Virus record (IMG/VR): IMGVR_UViG_3300033121_001619
Span: 1 to 64,000 of that record
Origin: a virus
Lineage: Duplodnaviria > Caudoviricetes
Direction: 5' to 3' (one strand)
Length of the DNA: 64,000 bases
Part shown: positions 38,559 through 49,275 of the stretch, piece after piece
Layout: the number at the start of each line of letters is the position of its first letter
Position numbering within the stretch: the first letter of the stretch is position 1
Translations under genes and position numbers: made by a program
The notes under the pieces: model-generated
What the model saw: the letters and a program-made list of their open reading frames with translations, nothing else
The model's database searches: none
What the model was told of the DNA's origin: nothing

Positions 38559-39697
38559 GACTTGATCCTTCCGCCGTAAGCTATCGAGTCAGTTCCAGAC
38601 GCTCCCTCGTACATGAATCCACACGTCGACGACCTGCTACCCTCAGGTACGTGTTGTATTCCTCCCGGGAGCATCGCGTTCAGGGCCGTCATCATCTCAT
38701 CATCATAAAGCGTCGCAGACAGACGACGACCGGCTGGGCGGTGCTCATCGATCCACGGATCGATCGACTCGAGAGAATCGTTCACGTAGCCCACTATCAC
38801 ACCCACGAACGACCCGGATGCATCGCTAACGACACCGTACCGATCACAGTCGTCGACGTACCACGTCGACTTCAACGACACGTCTCTTTTGTCGACGTCC
38901 AGGACGAATTCCGTGTATCCTCGTCCGTTCGTGTTGCCCTCAGAGATCGTCGACCTGATGCCTCGTGGTTCGAACGGAAAGTAGGTCGAGAAGTTCGAGA
39001 TGACGGAACGTATCGGGAACGGTTCTATGATGCCGTCGAGCACCTCGTTCTCCAAGAGGTTCCGGTCGGACGTCACTATGGGATAGGTGAATGAGGCGGT
39101 GTCACCTCCCGATTCGACGTATTTCACGGGGTCGAAGCTGTCGACCTCGTAGAAAATGTCCGGATCGATGACGCTCAATGACGGTACGCCGAAGTGACGT
39201 CTTTCGACTAGGTGACCGGGAGTCCCAGCACTTATCTTGACCAGACCTGCCGTCCACTGGGAGTCTCTCGATATCTCCACGCCGTTCCGAAAACCATCGA
39301 CGGATCCGGAGGCATAGAAGTCGATGCTCGGCGACAGTATCTTTCGTTGAGCCCCAGAAGCATCGACGACTATCGACGACGTCGGGTGGACGTCGGAGTT
39401 CGATCCGGACATGTCCGTCCGATGAGTGAGGAGAGAGAACAGACCGGTCGCTGTCGACGAACCAGATACCGTCGATGCCTCGAAGGAGTCCTCGAACCAC
39501 GTGGCATCACGCAAGAGAATCTGTTGACGCGTGTCGAAGTATCTACCGCTGTGAGTCAACGAGATAAACGTGGGAGCCTGTCGTCCTAGGGCGACCTCCG
39601 ACACGGGGCGGAGGCTGGTGCTCTTTAGAGACGTAGGTGACAGGTTGAGCGTGGTCTGTCCGACGGTCTGGGACGCCTTCTCTTGGAAGTTTATCAT
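38555..39697 (-). CDS. virion structural protein
   Basis: 380 aa; LDGIIEPF, GTDSIAYGG. Confidence 0.7.
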   Translation of the reverse strand: MINFQEKASQTVGQTTLNLSPTSLKSTSLRPVSEVALGRQAPTFISLTHSGRYFDTRQQILLRDATWFEDSFEASTVSGSSTATGLFSLLTHRTDMSGSNSDVHPTSSIVVDASGAQRKILSPSIDFYASGSVDGFRNGVEISRDSQWTAGLVKISAGTPGHLVERRHFGVPSLSVIDPDIFYEVDSFDPVKYVESGGDTASFTYPIVTSDRNLLENEVLDGIIEPFPIRSVISNFSTYFPFEPRGIRSTISEGNTNGRGYTEFVLDVDKRDVSLKSTWYVDDCDRYGVVSDASGSFVGVIVGYVNDSLESIDPWIDEHRPAGRRLSATLYDDEMMTALNAMLPGGIQHVPEGSRSSTCGFMYEGASGTDSIAYGGRIKS

Positions 39698-39698
39698 G

Positions 39699-42600
39699 TC
39701 AGTACTTCCTCAAACGTCCCACGACTTGCATCACCTTGATGCCATCGAAGACTTGTCGTCTCGAACCGGTGTAGTTCTCGTGATGGTTGTAGAGACGCTT
39801 GTGTCGCTCGAGCATGTGAGACTCTATCACGTAATTTGTCCCCTTGTAGTGGGTCCTACTCGACACCAGCTGCTCTATGAAAGACGTTATCGACACGTCG
39901 AACCACTTGTAGAAATCGAGGAATCTCTTGAAGTCCGGACGACCAGAGAGACGGTTGAAGTAGACGTCGCGAAGGCGATCGAGGTCCGGATAATCGACAC
40001 TGAAGGCTAGCTCCGGTCGACCTAGCGCATCTCCCATGGCACCGAGGTCTGAAAACATGTTGACCATGTCTCGATCCAACGAGTCGATCATGGAGAACTC
40101 TATGGAGAGACGAGGATCGTCGAGAGGTTCCTCCGAAGCCAGTGTCGGAGCACTCAAGTACGTCGGGGCTTGCACCGCCCATGGGTCATCAGCCGCCAGA
40201 GACGGATCTATGAAGCTTCGAATCCGAACTTTGTCGTCGGTCGAAGACTCGTCGAAGGAGGGTGAGATGTGCGTGTATTCCATGGGATGTCCGATGATGA
40301 CACGTGTGTCATACGACAGACCCGTTCCCGTCGTGTCCCTTCCGTTGAGGCTGAGGTCACGAAAGACGATCGATCCCGTGGCGTCCGTCGTCCTGCTCGA
40401 CTGCTTGTTGAGAGTGTCCAATCGCAATTTCCCGAACGATCCCGACACGTTCGACGTGAAGTTGTAATTCACCCCGGGATCGAAGACGCCCAAGGACCTG
40501 GGATTCCTCACCCTCTCTCTCCACTCTCGCTCCGTCGTTCCCTTCGACCAAAACCTCAGTCCTCCGACCCACCCCACGTAGTCGACCGTCCGGGCTTCGG
40601 AGTCTACGTTGACGCTGTCATTCAAGAAAGGACGACCGACGCCGTAATTCAGGGTCTGCTGTCGTCCAATGCAGACGAATGACCCGGAAGCATTATGCGA
40701 ACCCGTGACGATCTGAAGGACGTCGTCGGAAGAAGTCGACTCCCTGAAGTAGGACGACGTCACATACGTCTCCGTGAGATCTCCAGACTCTAGCTTGCCT
40801 ACTCTCAGGAAATACGACGATGACATCGTCGGTATCGCTTGATCGTCGCTACGATGTCTACCGAAGGAGACGTTCCACGCGTCTCCATCGAACAATCCGC
40901 TTCCAGACACGTCGACGGACATCACGAGGACGGGAGACGAACCTGTCACGGACGTCCGAAGATACGCTCGGACTTGAGACGATACTTTGGGGTATCTAGT
41001 CATCTGCGTCGCTATGACGTTACAGATCAATCCTGGATCGACACCGGTGCTCGATCCCGTCACCAGGACCCTCATGAGCGACTGGTTTCCGTCGGTGTCG
41101 TTGATGTCTTCTAGGGCTTGCGGAGGAATCTTGAACAGGCCCTCGAGAGTCCACGATCCGGACGTGAGAAGACCGTCATTCGGCGACGTCGTCCCACTTC
41201 GACCGTCCACGCCGTAGACGAAAGATCCGACAGGTTCCGGCCAGCCTGGTTCTACTCGCGACGACGACAAGAAGGGAGTCGTTATGAGAGACGACGTCGC
41301 TAGCGTGACCATTCCGATGACGTCCATGCGACGTTCACGTGATGAGTCCAATTGCTTGACCGTCGGCCCTCCGTACTCCCTTATCTTCAGGGAATTCTCG
41401 GGATCGATTCCTATCGATCGAAGGAAGGCTTTTATACTGTGCCTCGTCCCCTTCGATCGAATGATGTCGGGCATGTTCGTCAGGACTCGACGCATCATCG
41501 CCGCCTGGATGGTCTTCAGCGGTACCGATGAGTCTATCAGGCCGGCGACATTGACTCCATCGACGAACTGTTCCGTCGATGCGTGATTGAAGAACGTCGG
41601 AAGATGGAATCCGGATTGACGAACGTAATCGTTCAAGAAGTTGTCGGGGATGGTGTCGTACTCGTCGTAATCGACGGTGCGAATGTTTCCGAACGACTCG
41701 ACGAACAGTTTCACCTCGTCGAAGAACTTGGCCCAGATGTACAGGAACGTGAGGATGATCTGTACGGATCCCACCTTGGCCGACCCAGGAGCCCCATTTC
41801 CTTCGACGACGTCCCCTCCATTGCCTTCCACGGTCTCGAATCCGTCTTGGGAAGCACCTTCGCGAAGGTAGTGTTGAGGGACCAGCTTCAGTATGTTGTT
41901 GGGATTCGTCAGATCGTATGCACGTGCATCCGTCAGAAGCTCAGAGTTGAGATCCGTCACACCGGAATAGTATGGGAACAGCACGATCTTGTGACGATGT
42001 GATTCGTTGACCATGACGTTCTCGTCATCGGCGGACATGTCTCTTCGGAGTGACGAGGTGTGATTCGACACGACCGAGTGCAACGAATTTCCTGAGCTAT
42101 CGAGGACCATGGAGCTGTACGATGACACGTCGCTCGATCCAGTGGGCTCATTGAAACGATAGTATAGCTTGAGGGTGGGCGAGGAATCGAGCCCTCTAGA
42201 CGCGTATAGTTTTTGCGCCCTTATAGTCCGAGCCTCGTGGAATAGACGAAATTCGTCCATCGTTCCGCTCAGCGTGCACGTAGGTGTCACTGCGACGCCG
42301 TCGACGGTGAATCGGGATCCGGATCCGATCGTGAGCGGGATATCATCGACCGGAAGCTTACCGAACGACACGTAATTCCTGCTCACACCTGCTAGCTCTT
42401 CGTCCACGTACACACGAACCGTCCCGGAGAGCGCTTCCTTATCGACGACGGCACACAGGTGAGTGAATCTACCCTTCTCTATCGTAGCACCTGCCCAAGA
42501 TCGCGCCGAGCCTGACGTCACTGAGAACACTATCGACGCTGACGTCGTCGAGGCCGACGAGGAGACGTAGAGTGTGAAGCCGTCGTACGACGACGTTACC

Positions 42601-43187
42601 TTTTGAGCTATCACCTGATCCGTGTTGATCATTTCCGGTAGCTTCAAGAGGAATTCGATGCTGAGAGAGGCCGACGCGGGAGGATTCATGATCGACTCGC
42701 CCGTGTCTCGTCGAGTGATACCAGGATGAGAAGCGCCGATCTTGTCCGTGACGGATATCCACGTCCCGAGACCAGAGGAATATCCACCCGACGGATCCTC
42801 GCCGACGACGGTGCCAGAGAACAGCAAGACCCCAGCCCACTCCGGGAACTGATCGAACACCCACTTCTCGAATCCCGTCAGGTCGTCTATGAAAGCTTCG
42901 ACTTCTCTCTTCGATCCGTCAAAGGGGTACCCATTGATGATCCTCCCGAACGTCTCGTTAACCCTGACCTCCGCTGAGGAAAAGAAGACGTGATTCTCAA
43001 AGGACGACCAGTCGACATTCAGTTGTTGGGTACTCTTGAGAGGATGACCAAGTGGATCGTATTTGAACGATCCTGTCGACGAGTGATTGCTTGTCGACAC
43101 ATCGAAGTCGGCGTAACGAGCCTCCACCGGCCGAGAATCGTTGAAGACTGACTTGATGTATGACGGCGTGAAGGGGCGTGTCGACAT
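39699..43187 (-). CDS. large baseplate-associated protein with LamG/concanavalin-like domains
   Basis: LSGTMDEFRLF, LKLYYRFNE, VLDSSGNSLH; IIRSKGT..IKAFLRSIG. Confidence 0.75.
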   Translation of the reverse strand: MSTRPFTPSYIKSVFNDSRPVEARYADFDVSTSNHSSTGSFKYDPLGHPLKSTQQLNVDWSSFENHVFFSSAEVRVNETFGRIINGYPFDGSKREVEAFIDDLTGFEKWVFDQFPEWAGVLLFSGTVVGEDPSGGYSSGLGTWISVTDKIGASHPGITRRDTGESIMNPPASASLSIEFLLKLPEMINTDQVIAQKVTSSYDGFTLYVSSSASTTSASIVFSVTSGSARSWAGATIEKGRFTHLCAVVDKEALSGTVRVYVDEELAGVSRNYVSFGKLPVDDIPLTIGSGSRFTVDGVAVTPTCTLSGTMDEFRLFHEARTIRAQKLYASRGLDSSPTLKLYYRFNEPTGSSDVSSYSSMVLDSSGNSLHSVVSNHTSSLRRDMSADDENVMVNESHRHKIVLFPYYSGVTDLNSELLTDARAYDLTNPNNILKLVPQHYLREGASQDGFETVEGNGGDVVEGNGAPGSAKVGSVQIILTFLYIWAKFFDEVKLFVESFGNIRTVDYDEYDTIPDNFLNDYVRQSGFHLPTFFNHASTEQFVDGVNVAGLIDSSVPLKTIQAAMMRRVLTNMPDIIRSKGTRHSIKAFLRSIGIDPENSLKIREYGGPTVKQLDSSRERRMDVIGMVTLATSSLITTPFLSSSRVEPGWPEPVGSFVYGVDGRSGTTSPNDGLLTSGSWTLEGLFKIPPQALEDINDTDGNQSLMRVLVTGSSTGVDPGLICNVIATQMTRYPKVSSQVRAYLRTSVTGSSPVLVMSVDVSGSGLFDGDAWNVSFGRHRSDDQAIPTMSSSYFLRVGKLESGDLTETYVTSSYFRESTSSDDVLQIVTGSHNASGSFVCIGRQQTLNYGVGRPFLNDSVNVDSEARTVDYVGWVGGLRFWSKGTTEREWRERVRNPRSLGVFDPGVNYNFTSNVSGSFGKLRLDTLNKQSSRTTDATGSIVFRDLSLNGRDTTGTGLSYDTRVIIGHPMEYTHISPSFDESSTDDKVRIRSFIDPSLAADDPWAVQAPTYLSAPTLASEEPLDDPRLSIEFSMIDSLDRDMVNMFSDLGAMGDALGRPELAFSVDYPDLDRLRDVYFNRLSGRPDFKRFLDFYKWFDVSITSFIEQLVSSRTHYKGTNYVIESHMLERHKRLYNHHENYTGSRRQVFDGIKVMQVVGRLRKY

Positions 43188-43188
43188 G

Positions 43189-44688
43189 TCAGATCACCAC
43201 CCTGAAGACAGGAGAGACGTTTTCTCTCAAGCGACGCGTCAGTCCCTCAACGATCAAGACGTCGAAAGCGTACGTCCTTCCTGAGATGAGGCACGAAGTA
43301 TCCAGTTCGAAGTACATGCCGCTGGAGTCCGACGACATTCTCGTGGATCCCAAGTTAGTATCGAAGTCGATGACCCTCTCTCCCTTCGCGACGTCTCGAA
43401 CGGCGTAGTGCATCTCGTTCAGGACGATGCCGGACCTGACTGTCGGTACGCGGACGACCTGGACGTTGGGCGAAGCGTCGTCGAACACGTCGACTCGTAT
43501 CAGGGCCACCTCGTTCGACGTGTACTCCTCCCTGACGTTGCTGAAGTTGATCGTTCGACGTTCCCTACCGTACTCTCCCGATCGATCCGGTCTTCGAAAC
43601 GACACCACGCTACCCGTGTGAAAGACCGACTGGCCATCGAGCGAAGTCCATACGGGCGTGAAATCGATCGAAGAACTGTCGACCAACTTCGTTCGAATGA
43701 CGGCGTCGAACTCCGAGATGTTGACGGATGCACTGTAGACGCCCGATGCGAACAGGATGCCGCGACTTCCATACGAAGCCTGCGATCCCGTCACGACATA
43801 CGTGTACTGCCCACCCGATATGGGAGTTGTCAACCTCAGGGCGACGCAGTTGCTTCCCGTCAACGTGGTCGAACCGGTCGTCAGGTTCGTCAGGATTCCG
43901 TTGACATGATTGAACATGAATAGACGATTAGAAGTTCCCAGGACTGGGTTGGCCGTCATGTCGCGAAGTGAGTCATCGAATCCCACTTCGAGACGGGGTC
44001 GAAGGTAACTGTCGTACGCATCTTTCGATGCGAATCTCTTCACGAAGTAAGTCCCCGAATCCAACTCGATGGACGACGTGAATGTCAGCCTGAAGCCCGA
44101 GTCCGGTATGTCACCCTCTAGCGTTGCTGACATTAGACGAGTGACGTCTATCACCAGATCTTCCTCACCTGTGACGAAAGACTGAGTGACCTCCGTCGAA
44201 GTCAGGAGACTCGATGCTGTTATGTAGTCGCCCAGACCGGTCGAATGACATGGCCCAGCACATCCAGAAACATACCAGGGTATTCCGAGAGACGACGACA
44301 ACCAGTTACAGGTGTCTCTATCGGAGAGATAAACCACGTCCTTTCCGTGACCCTCTCTGAACGATGCCGACAACGGGAATATGCTCACGGTGAAGTTGGA
44401 CGGAGTGGGTTGACCTCCGTACACGTCACGCAAACGAATCTTGCACCAGAATGATGGGTCGCCGTGGTCGATCCTTCCCTCGTCGACGGCGTCACGAAGT
44501 CCCTGAGTATCGAACTTGATCAGGACGCACGTCTTTTCGACGACGGACGTCGAGGCCGAGATCTCATTGTAGAGCTTGTACAGATCGAGAGTCCCGGCTC
44601 GGCCGACGTTCGACGACGTGCGTCGAGTCCCCTTCACGATCTTGTTCGTGATGTACGTGTCTTGGGTCGCCCAATAAGTCTTACGCAT
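43189..44688 (-). CDS. virion structural protein
   Basis: QDTYIT, LIKFD, FVKRFAS, PRLEV; in baseplate operon. Confidence 0.7.
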   Translation of the reverse strand: MRKTYWATQDTYITNKIVKGTRRTSSNVGRAGTLDLYKLYNEISASTSVVEKTCVLIKFDTQGLRDAVDEGRIDHGDPSFWCKIRLRDVYGGQPTPSNFTVSIFPLSASFREGHGKDVVYLSDRDTCNWLSSSLGIPWYVSGCAGPCHSTGLGDYITASSLLTSTEVTQSFVTGEEDLVIDVTRLMSATLEGDIPDSGFRLTFTSSIELDSGTYFVKRFASKDAYDSYLRPRLEVGFDDSLRDMTANPVLGTSNRLFMFNHVNGILTNLTTGSTTLTGSNCVALRLTTPISGGQYTYVVTGSQASYGSRGILFASGVYSASVNISEFDAVIRTKLVDSSSIDFTPVWTSLDGQSVFHTGSVVSFRRPDRSGEYGRERRTINFSNVREEYTSNEVALIRVDVFDDASPNVQVVRVPTVRSGIVLNEMHYAVRDVAKGERVIDFDTNLGSTRMSSDSSGMYFELDTSCLISGRTYAFDVLIVEGLTRRLRENVSPVFRVVI

Positions 44689-46537
44689 TCGACACGACCC
44701 TTCCCGTGATGTTGACGTCTGGGTATTTGAGCTCGAATATCCCGCCCTCTGGCGGATAGATCAGTTGACTTCGAGTGTTTGCCGTCATGTCATAAGCCAC
44801 TGGGGAATAGGTCAAATTCTTGACTGGACCTGTGAGGTTGTTGATCCTCACGGAGTCGACCGCTATGACGCCTTGATGAGAGAAGATCGATGCCACGATC
44901 TCCGAAACGACGAGCGGTTGTCCTATGTGGAAGTTGTTGATCGCCAAGAGGGATCTCAAGTCCCTGATGATGGTCTGTAGCAAGATGGACTTGTTGAGGG
45001 TCGGATCAACTACCACCTGGAAGAGGACCTCGTAATTGATGACGGCGGCGTCCATGATGTCGATCGACTCTGAGTTCATGCGATATCGACTCAGATACCT
45101 CTTGAGATTCATCTTCAAGGCGTCTGGCGACGTCGTCAATCGATCGTCGTTATCACGAGAGATGATGTAGAGACGAGAGGACAGCGGACTGACGGGGTTC
45201 CTACCTACGGATGCCCTGAACACCCTCCCGAAGTTGCTGGGCATGGTGTACACTCTCGCGAGGAGGTCTTCCTTGGAGACTATCCTCTCCTGAGTGTTCT
45301 TGGCTGTAGGCACCAACGCCAGGAGGTCGTCAGCTGTAGGGGCGTCGTCCCCTCCTCGCGCCTCTAGAGGATTGGAAGTCTCGATCGAATTCCTCACTTG
45401 GGCCGCCCGACCAGGCTCTGGGTTTCCAGGGAAATTCAGGGAGAGACCCGTGATGGTTCGTATCGTGTTGGGGCGAGCGTTGTGGTTCTTGCCTCCTCCG
45501 TATCGATACGTGACCGTGAGGGTCGTGTTAGCTGCGGCGACTCCCAATGTTGTCGTCTGCAAAAGCCGGTGAGGATTGACCGGGGTGCTCGAGAACGTCT
45601 GTGAGAACGGCATCGGTATCGAGAACTCCGAAGGATCTGGTATGATGTCGTCCTCCAAGTCGTCCGCCGTCCCACCTCCGAATATCAGCGTCGTCTTCCT
45701 AGTGCTAAGAGAAGTCTCAGACACGAAACGATACGGCGCTGGGACGACCTTCAAGTTGTCCTTCACGCTTACGTCTCCGGTGTTGTTTGCCACGTTCTTA
45801 TAGACGACGTCGTGCGTGAGATTCTCGACTTCGTAGTAGTCGTTCCCCAGGCCGTCAGTGACACTGATGATCTGCGTCACGTTCGATTGGGCCAACTGTA
45901 TGCGTCGAAAAGCCGAGAAATCTCCGATGGTGAAAGTCTCGGACGTCTGAGTTCCGGAGCTACAGAGTCCTCTCTTCCTCAAGACCTTGGAGACGACGGA
46001 GCCAGACACTCTCCTTCCGTTTGTCACTTCGACGTCAGACGCCACCCTGATGACTCCGTCGGAATCGACGGTCCAGAACTCGACGTCTTCCATCAGCGTG
46101 AAATCGATTCCGGAGTTCGATCTCAGCGTGGTCTGCGACTTGATGGTCGGGATCAGGTCGGGATCGGGTCGAAGGCTGCCGTCTTGAAGCACCGGTACTT
46201 CCACGTAGAAATCTTGGTAGACGACCGCGGCCGAGGCTCCCGCTATGGGAATTCCGGCCTGTCTTATGATGCGTTCCTTGTTGCGTGTCTCGACCACCGT
46301 GTCACTATTCAGCTCTCCGTAGAGATGGTCCAGATAGAACGACAGGTTGTCACCCACGGTGGCCGCCATGTCGAGGAAGAGACCTCCAAGACTCGACTCC
46401 GAGAAGTCCTTGATCCGATCCGGGTAGTATTTTGCGGCGTAATCCAGAAGTACTGCGCGAAAAGAATCGAAGTCCCGAGCGAGGTAATTCCTCTGTCTGA
46501 CGGGCTTGAGTGAATTCCTTGCGTCGTTGGTGGCCAT
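44681..46537 (-). CDS. baseplate wedge protein (T4 gp6-like)
   Basis: YLARDFDSFR..L...YYPD...DFSESSLGGLFLDMAA.VGD.LSFYLD; QERIVSKED. Confidence 0.85.
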   Translation of the reverse strand: MATNDARNSLKPVRQRNYLARDFDSFRAVLLDYAAKYYPDRIKDFSESSLGGLFLDMAATVGDNLSFYLDHLYGELNSDTVVETRNKERIIRQAGIPIAGASAAVVYQDFYVEVPVLQDGSLRPDPDLIPTIKSQTTLRSNSGIDFTLMEDVEFWTVDSDGVIRVASDVEVTNGRRVSGSVVSKVLRKRGLCSSGTQTSETFTIGDFSAFRRIQLAQSNVTQIISVTDGLGNDYYEVENLTHDVVYKNVANNTGDVSVKDNLKVVPAPYRFVSETSLSTRKTTLIFGGGTADDLEDDIIPDPSEFSIPMPFSQTFSSTPVNPHRLLQTTTLGVAAANTTLTVTYRYGGGKNHNARPNTIRTITGLSLNFPGNPEPGRAAQVRNSIETSNPLEARGGDDAPTADDLLALVPTAKNTQERIVSKEDLLARVYTMPSNFGRVFRASVGRNPVSPLSSRLYIISRDNDDRLTTSPDALKMNLKRYLSRYRMNSESIDIMDAAVINYEVLFQVVVDPTLNKSILLQTIIRDLRSLLAINNFHIGQPLVVSEIVASIFSHQGVIAVDSVRINNLTGPVKNLTYSPVAYDMTANTRSQLIYPPEGGIFELKYPDVNITGRVVSNA

Positions 46538-46566
46538 GTGTCTCCCTGTCCTAAGTAGTCATGCGA

Positions 46567-47034
46567 TCAAATGACGTAGATCGTTACTTGAACCGCCCGG
46601 AGGTCGTTGGACACTGACGGAACCCTGAACGACACGGTGATGTGATATTCTGCGACGTTGCTTCCTTGACGTCGACTCACGATCGACGAGAAGTCTTCTA
46701 GATCGACGTACGGCATCCATTTCTCGACGCCTGCCTTGATCCGTGACACGGCGGCGTCGTCGAAATCGTTTTGCGAATTGTATTCCGTAGCCAGAGGACG
46801 AAGATTCGCACCGAAGTCGTAGTGCATCAATCGCTCGCCCCAATTGGTCTGGAGGAAATTGCGCAAATTGTCCGATATCTGGTCGATGACCGACGTGTTC
46901 ATCACGAAGATGCCGTCGTTTCCTCCCAATTGAAGCGGCGTACGAATACCGTACGGCGTCTGGGTGACGGTAGTCTTCTCCTCTTCGCGTGCAGTCCTGG
47001 TGCGTCCTACGCTTTTGAAGCTGTATGTGGCCAC
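46567..47034 (-). CDS. baseplate wedge protein gp25 (GPW/gp25 family)
   Basis: NLRNFLQTNWGERLMHYDFGANL...KWMPYV. Confidence 0.9.
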   Translation of the reverse strand: MATYSFKSVGRTRTAREEEKTTVTQTPYGIRTPLQLGGNDGIFVMNTSVIDQISDNLRNFLQTNWGERLMHYDFGANLRPLATEYNSQNDFDDAAVSRIKAGVEKWMPYVDLEDFSSIVSRRQGSNVAEYHITVSFRVPSVSNDLRAVQVTIYVI

Positions 47035-47049
47035 GACGCGTACCTATTC

Positions 47050-49275
47050 TCAGACAGGAGGATCTCCCGGAAGCGGCATGTCCACGCCGTCTTCACGCTC
47101 ATTCTCGTTGTTTGAGTCGACGGCGGGCGTGGTGGTAGTCTGCGGGAGAAGGACGTGTGTGGGATTTAGAGCGTCCTTTCCCGGAGGGGTCGGTATCGAT
47201 CCGTCGGCTTCTTTCTTTTCGTAATCTCCCAGGACGATCTTCGCACCATCGACAAGAAGCTTGATGGGTTTGCTTCCTATCATCAGGATGCCTGCCGGAC
47301 CAGCGACTCCCTTGCTGACGGTCGCAGCATTCAATAGAGCGTATCCCGTTCCGATCTTGTCGTGCGACGCCGACGTGTTCGCGAAGGGAGGTTTCTCGCT
47401 TCCCGTCAGATTCTTGAGGGACTCTTTGGAGGTGGCGATGATCAGCTTCTGGATACCCGTGCAGCGAAATCCCTTCTTGGGAGCCGTCACGGGTTTCTGA
47501 GAATTGGACTTGGTCGTGTCAGAAGATGCCGTGCTACCGGCATCTGTGGGGCTCGACGCCGTCTTTTCTTGACTAGACTGGGTCGCTTCGGACGCTTTCT
47601 CATCGGGCACTGCCGTATCAGGTATCGGCTTGTTCGGAAGTATGTAAGCCGCCGTTCCAATGTTGAGGTCATCCAATTGACCTCCGTGCGCACACTCGAT
47701 TGTGGGATCTCCGGGCTTATAGTCCTTCGTGACGACTATCACGTGATCGTCATTCTTGCCGGGATTACCGATGAGGATTATGTCTCCCCTGTACAGGGCC
47801 GGCAGCTCTGTGATCTTCGTCCGCCAGTATACGCCATCGCTAGACAGAGACGATGGCGGTCTTACCGCGTCTCTCTCGACAGCGATCGTCATGAGTGCGG
47901 TCACAGCGCTTCCGGGATAGTACTTGTCGTTGAAGTAGTCGAACGTGACCGTCGTCTGCCCTGACGGCGTCGTGTATTTCGACGGCTTGTTCGTTCGATA
48001 CTTCATCTTCTGCTCGAACTCTTGCTTCGACTGAAACACGAAGTTGGCTCCGGCCGACCACAGACAAGCTCGAGCGAACATCCCGCATGACGAAGCTTGT
48101 GACGCCATGTAGAAGGCGGAACGCTTGACGTGAATGGAGTCCGACGCTGTCTCGGTGTACAGGATGAATTTCGTGTATTCACATTCGTCGACGTCGATTT
48201 TCGCCGCAATGAGATCAGGCATCTCCACTTCGGGTTTAGGTCCCCCGATCTTGATATCGGGGGATTTCATGGCGTCTAGTGACCACCTGAGTCCCACACC
48301 GCTCAGGGCCTTCTCGGAGATCGCGTCCCTGACCTCCTCGACCCTGTCCTTCTTCGGTTTCGGATCTGCTTTCTTGGGAGGATCATACTTTCGAATCTTG
48401 GCGAATTGACCCACCAAGCCAGAGGGAGACGTACCGATCGTCTTCGCCATGGCGAGGATGATCAACATCTCCGTCACCTTGCGTGCTAGGACTGCGGTCG
48501 CGGCTATCCTGACCACGTCCTGAGGAGTGCCGTCGGAGTCCTCTCTGACTGGGGCGAATAGGGCTTTTCGGACGGCGGCACATATGTCACCTAGGTCGAC
48601 GTTTAGACTGATCAGCTTCAAGACGAAATCGGGCATCTTGGCCGCGATGTCGATCATCAGGAGTGGAAGTCCTATCCACGGATTCAACCTGAACTTGTAC
48701 AGGTCGATGAACATGTCAGGAGGGATCGGAAGATCAAACGACGGTATGGGAAATTCCGGAGGAATGGGTATCTTCACCGACGGAAGCTTGAGAAGCAATT
48801 CCGGAAGAGTCAATTTGAGCTTGAGGGCTAGCAGTGGCAGATTGGGAATCGCAAACTGCATGAAGTCTGGTAGATCGGGTATGTCCAGGTCGACACCCAG
48901 AGCTAGCGCGAATGCGATCGGATCACATATCGGAAAGAGGCTGAACTCCGAGCCGGAATCGAGCTTCCTCGCTATGTCACGATAGTGTCCCAAGACGTTG
49001 ATGTGGAAGTCCGGGTACTTCGTCTCATCGTCCAGATCGGTAATCGCCATGCCGGGAGGAAGCGGATCCACGGACGGACCGCACGGGAAGCTTCCCACTG
49101 AAGGAATTCCCGACAACATCTCCATGACCTCGCGGATGAACCTCTCCTTGGCAGCCTCAGGATATCCACTCGTCAGCTCCGCCTTGCTGGTATCACCTCC
49201 ATGGGGTGTGAGTATGCCGGCATGGACCATACATCCATTGCCATCCAGGCCGGCCACCTGATGCGGATTGGGCAT
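47050..49275 (-). CDS. tail/baseplate protein with putative CHAP/NlpC-P60-like hydrolase domain
   Basis: SSCGMFARAC...GDIILIG...DHVIVV Cys/His pattern; Pro/Leu-rich N-terminus. Confidence 0.55.
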   Translation of the reverse strand: MPNPHQVAGLDGNGCMVHAGILTPHGGDTSKAELTSGYPEAAKERFIREVMEMLSGIPSVGSFPCGPSVDPLPPGMAITDLDDETKYPDFHINVLGHYRDIARKLDSGSEFSLFPICDPIAFALALGVDLDIPDLPDFMQFAIPNLPLLALKLKLTLPELLLKLPSVKIPIPPEFPIPSFDLPIPPDMFIDLYKFRLNPWIGLPLLMIDIAAKMPDFVLKLISLNVDLGDICAAVRKALFAPVREDSDGTPQDVVRIAATAVLARKVTEMLIILAMAKTIGTSPSGLVGQFAKIRKYDPPKKADPKPKKDRVEEVRDAISEKALSGVGLRWSLDAMKSPDIKIGGPKPEVEMPDLIAAKIDVDECEYTKFILYTETASDSIHVKRSAFYMASQASSCGMFARACLWSAGANFVFQSKQEFEQKMKYRTNKPSKYTTPSGQTTVTFDYFNDKYYPGSAVTALMTIAVERDAVRPPSSLSSDGVYWRTKITELPALYRGDIILIGNPGKNDDHVIVVTKDYKPGDPTIECAHGGQLDDLNIGTAAYILPNKPIPDTAVPDEKASEATQSSQEKTASSPTDAGSTASSDTTKSNSQKPVTAPKKGFRCTGIQKLIIATSKESLKNLTGSEKPPFANTSASHDKIGTGYALLNAATVSKGVAGPAGILMIGSKPIKLLVDGAKIVLGDYEKKEADGSIPTPPGKDALNPTHVLLPQTTTTPAVDSNNENEREDGVDMPLPGDPPV

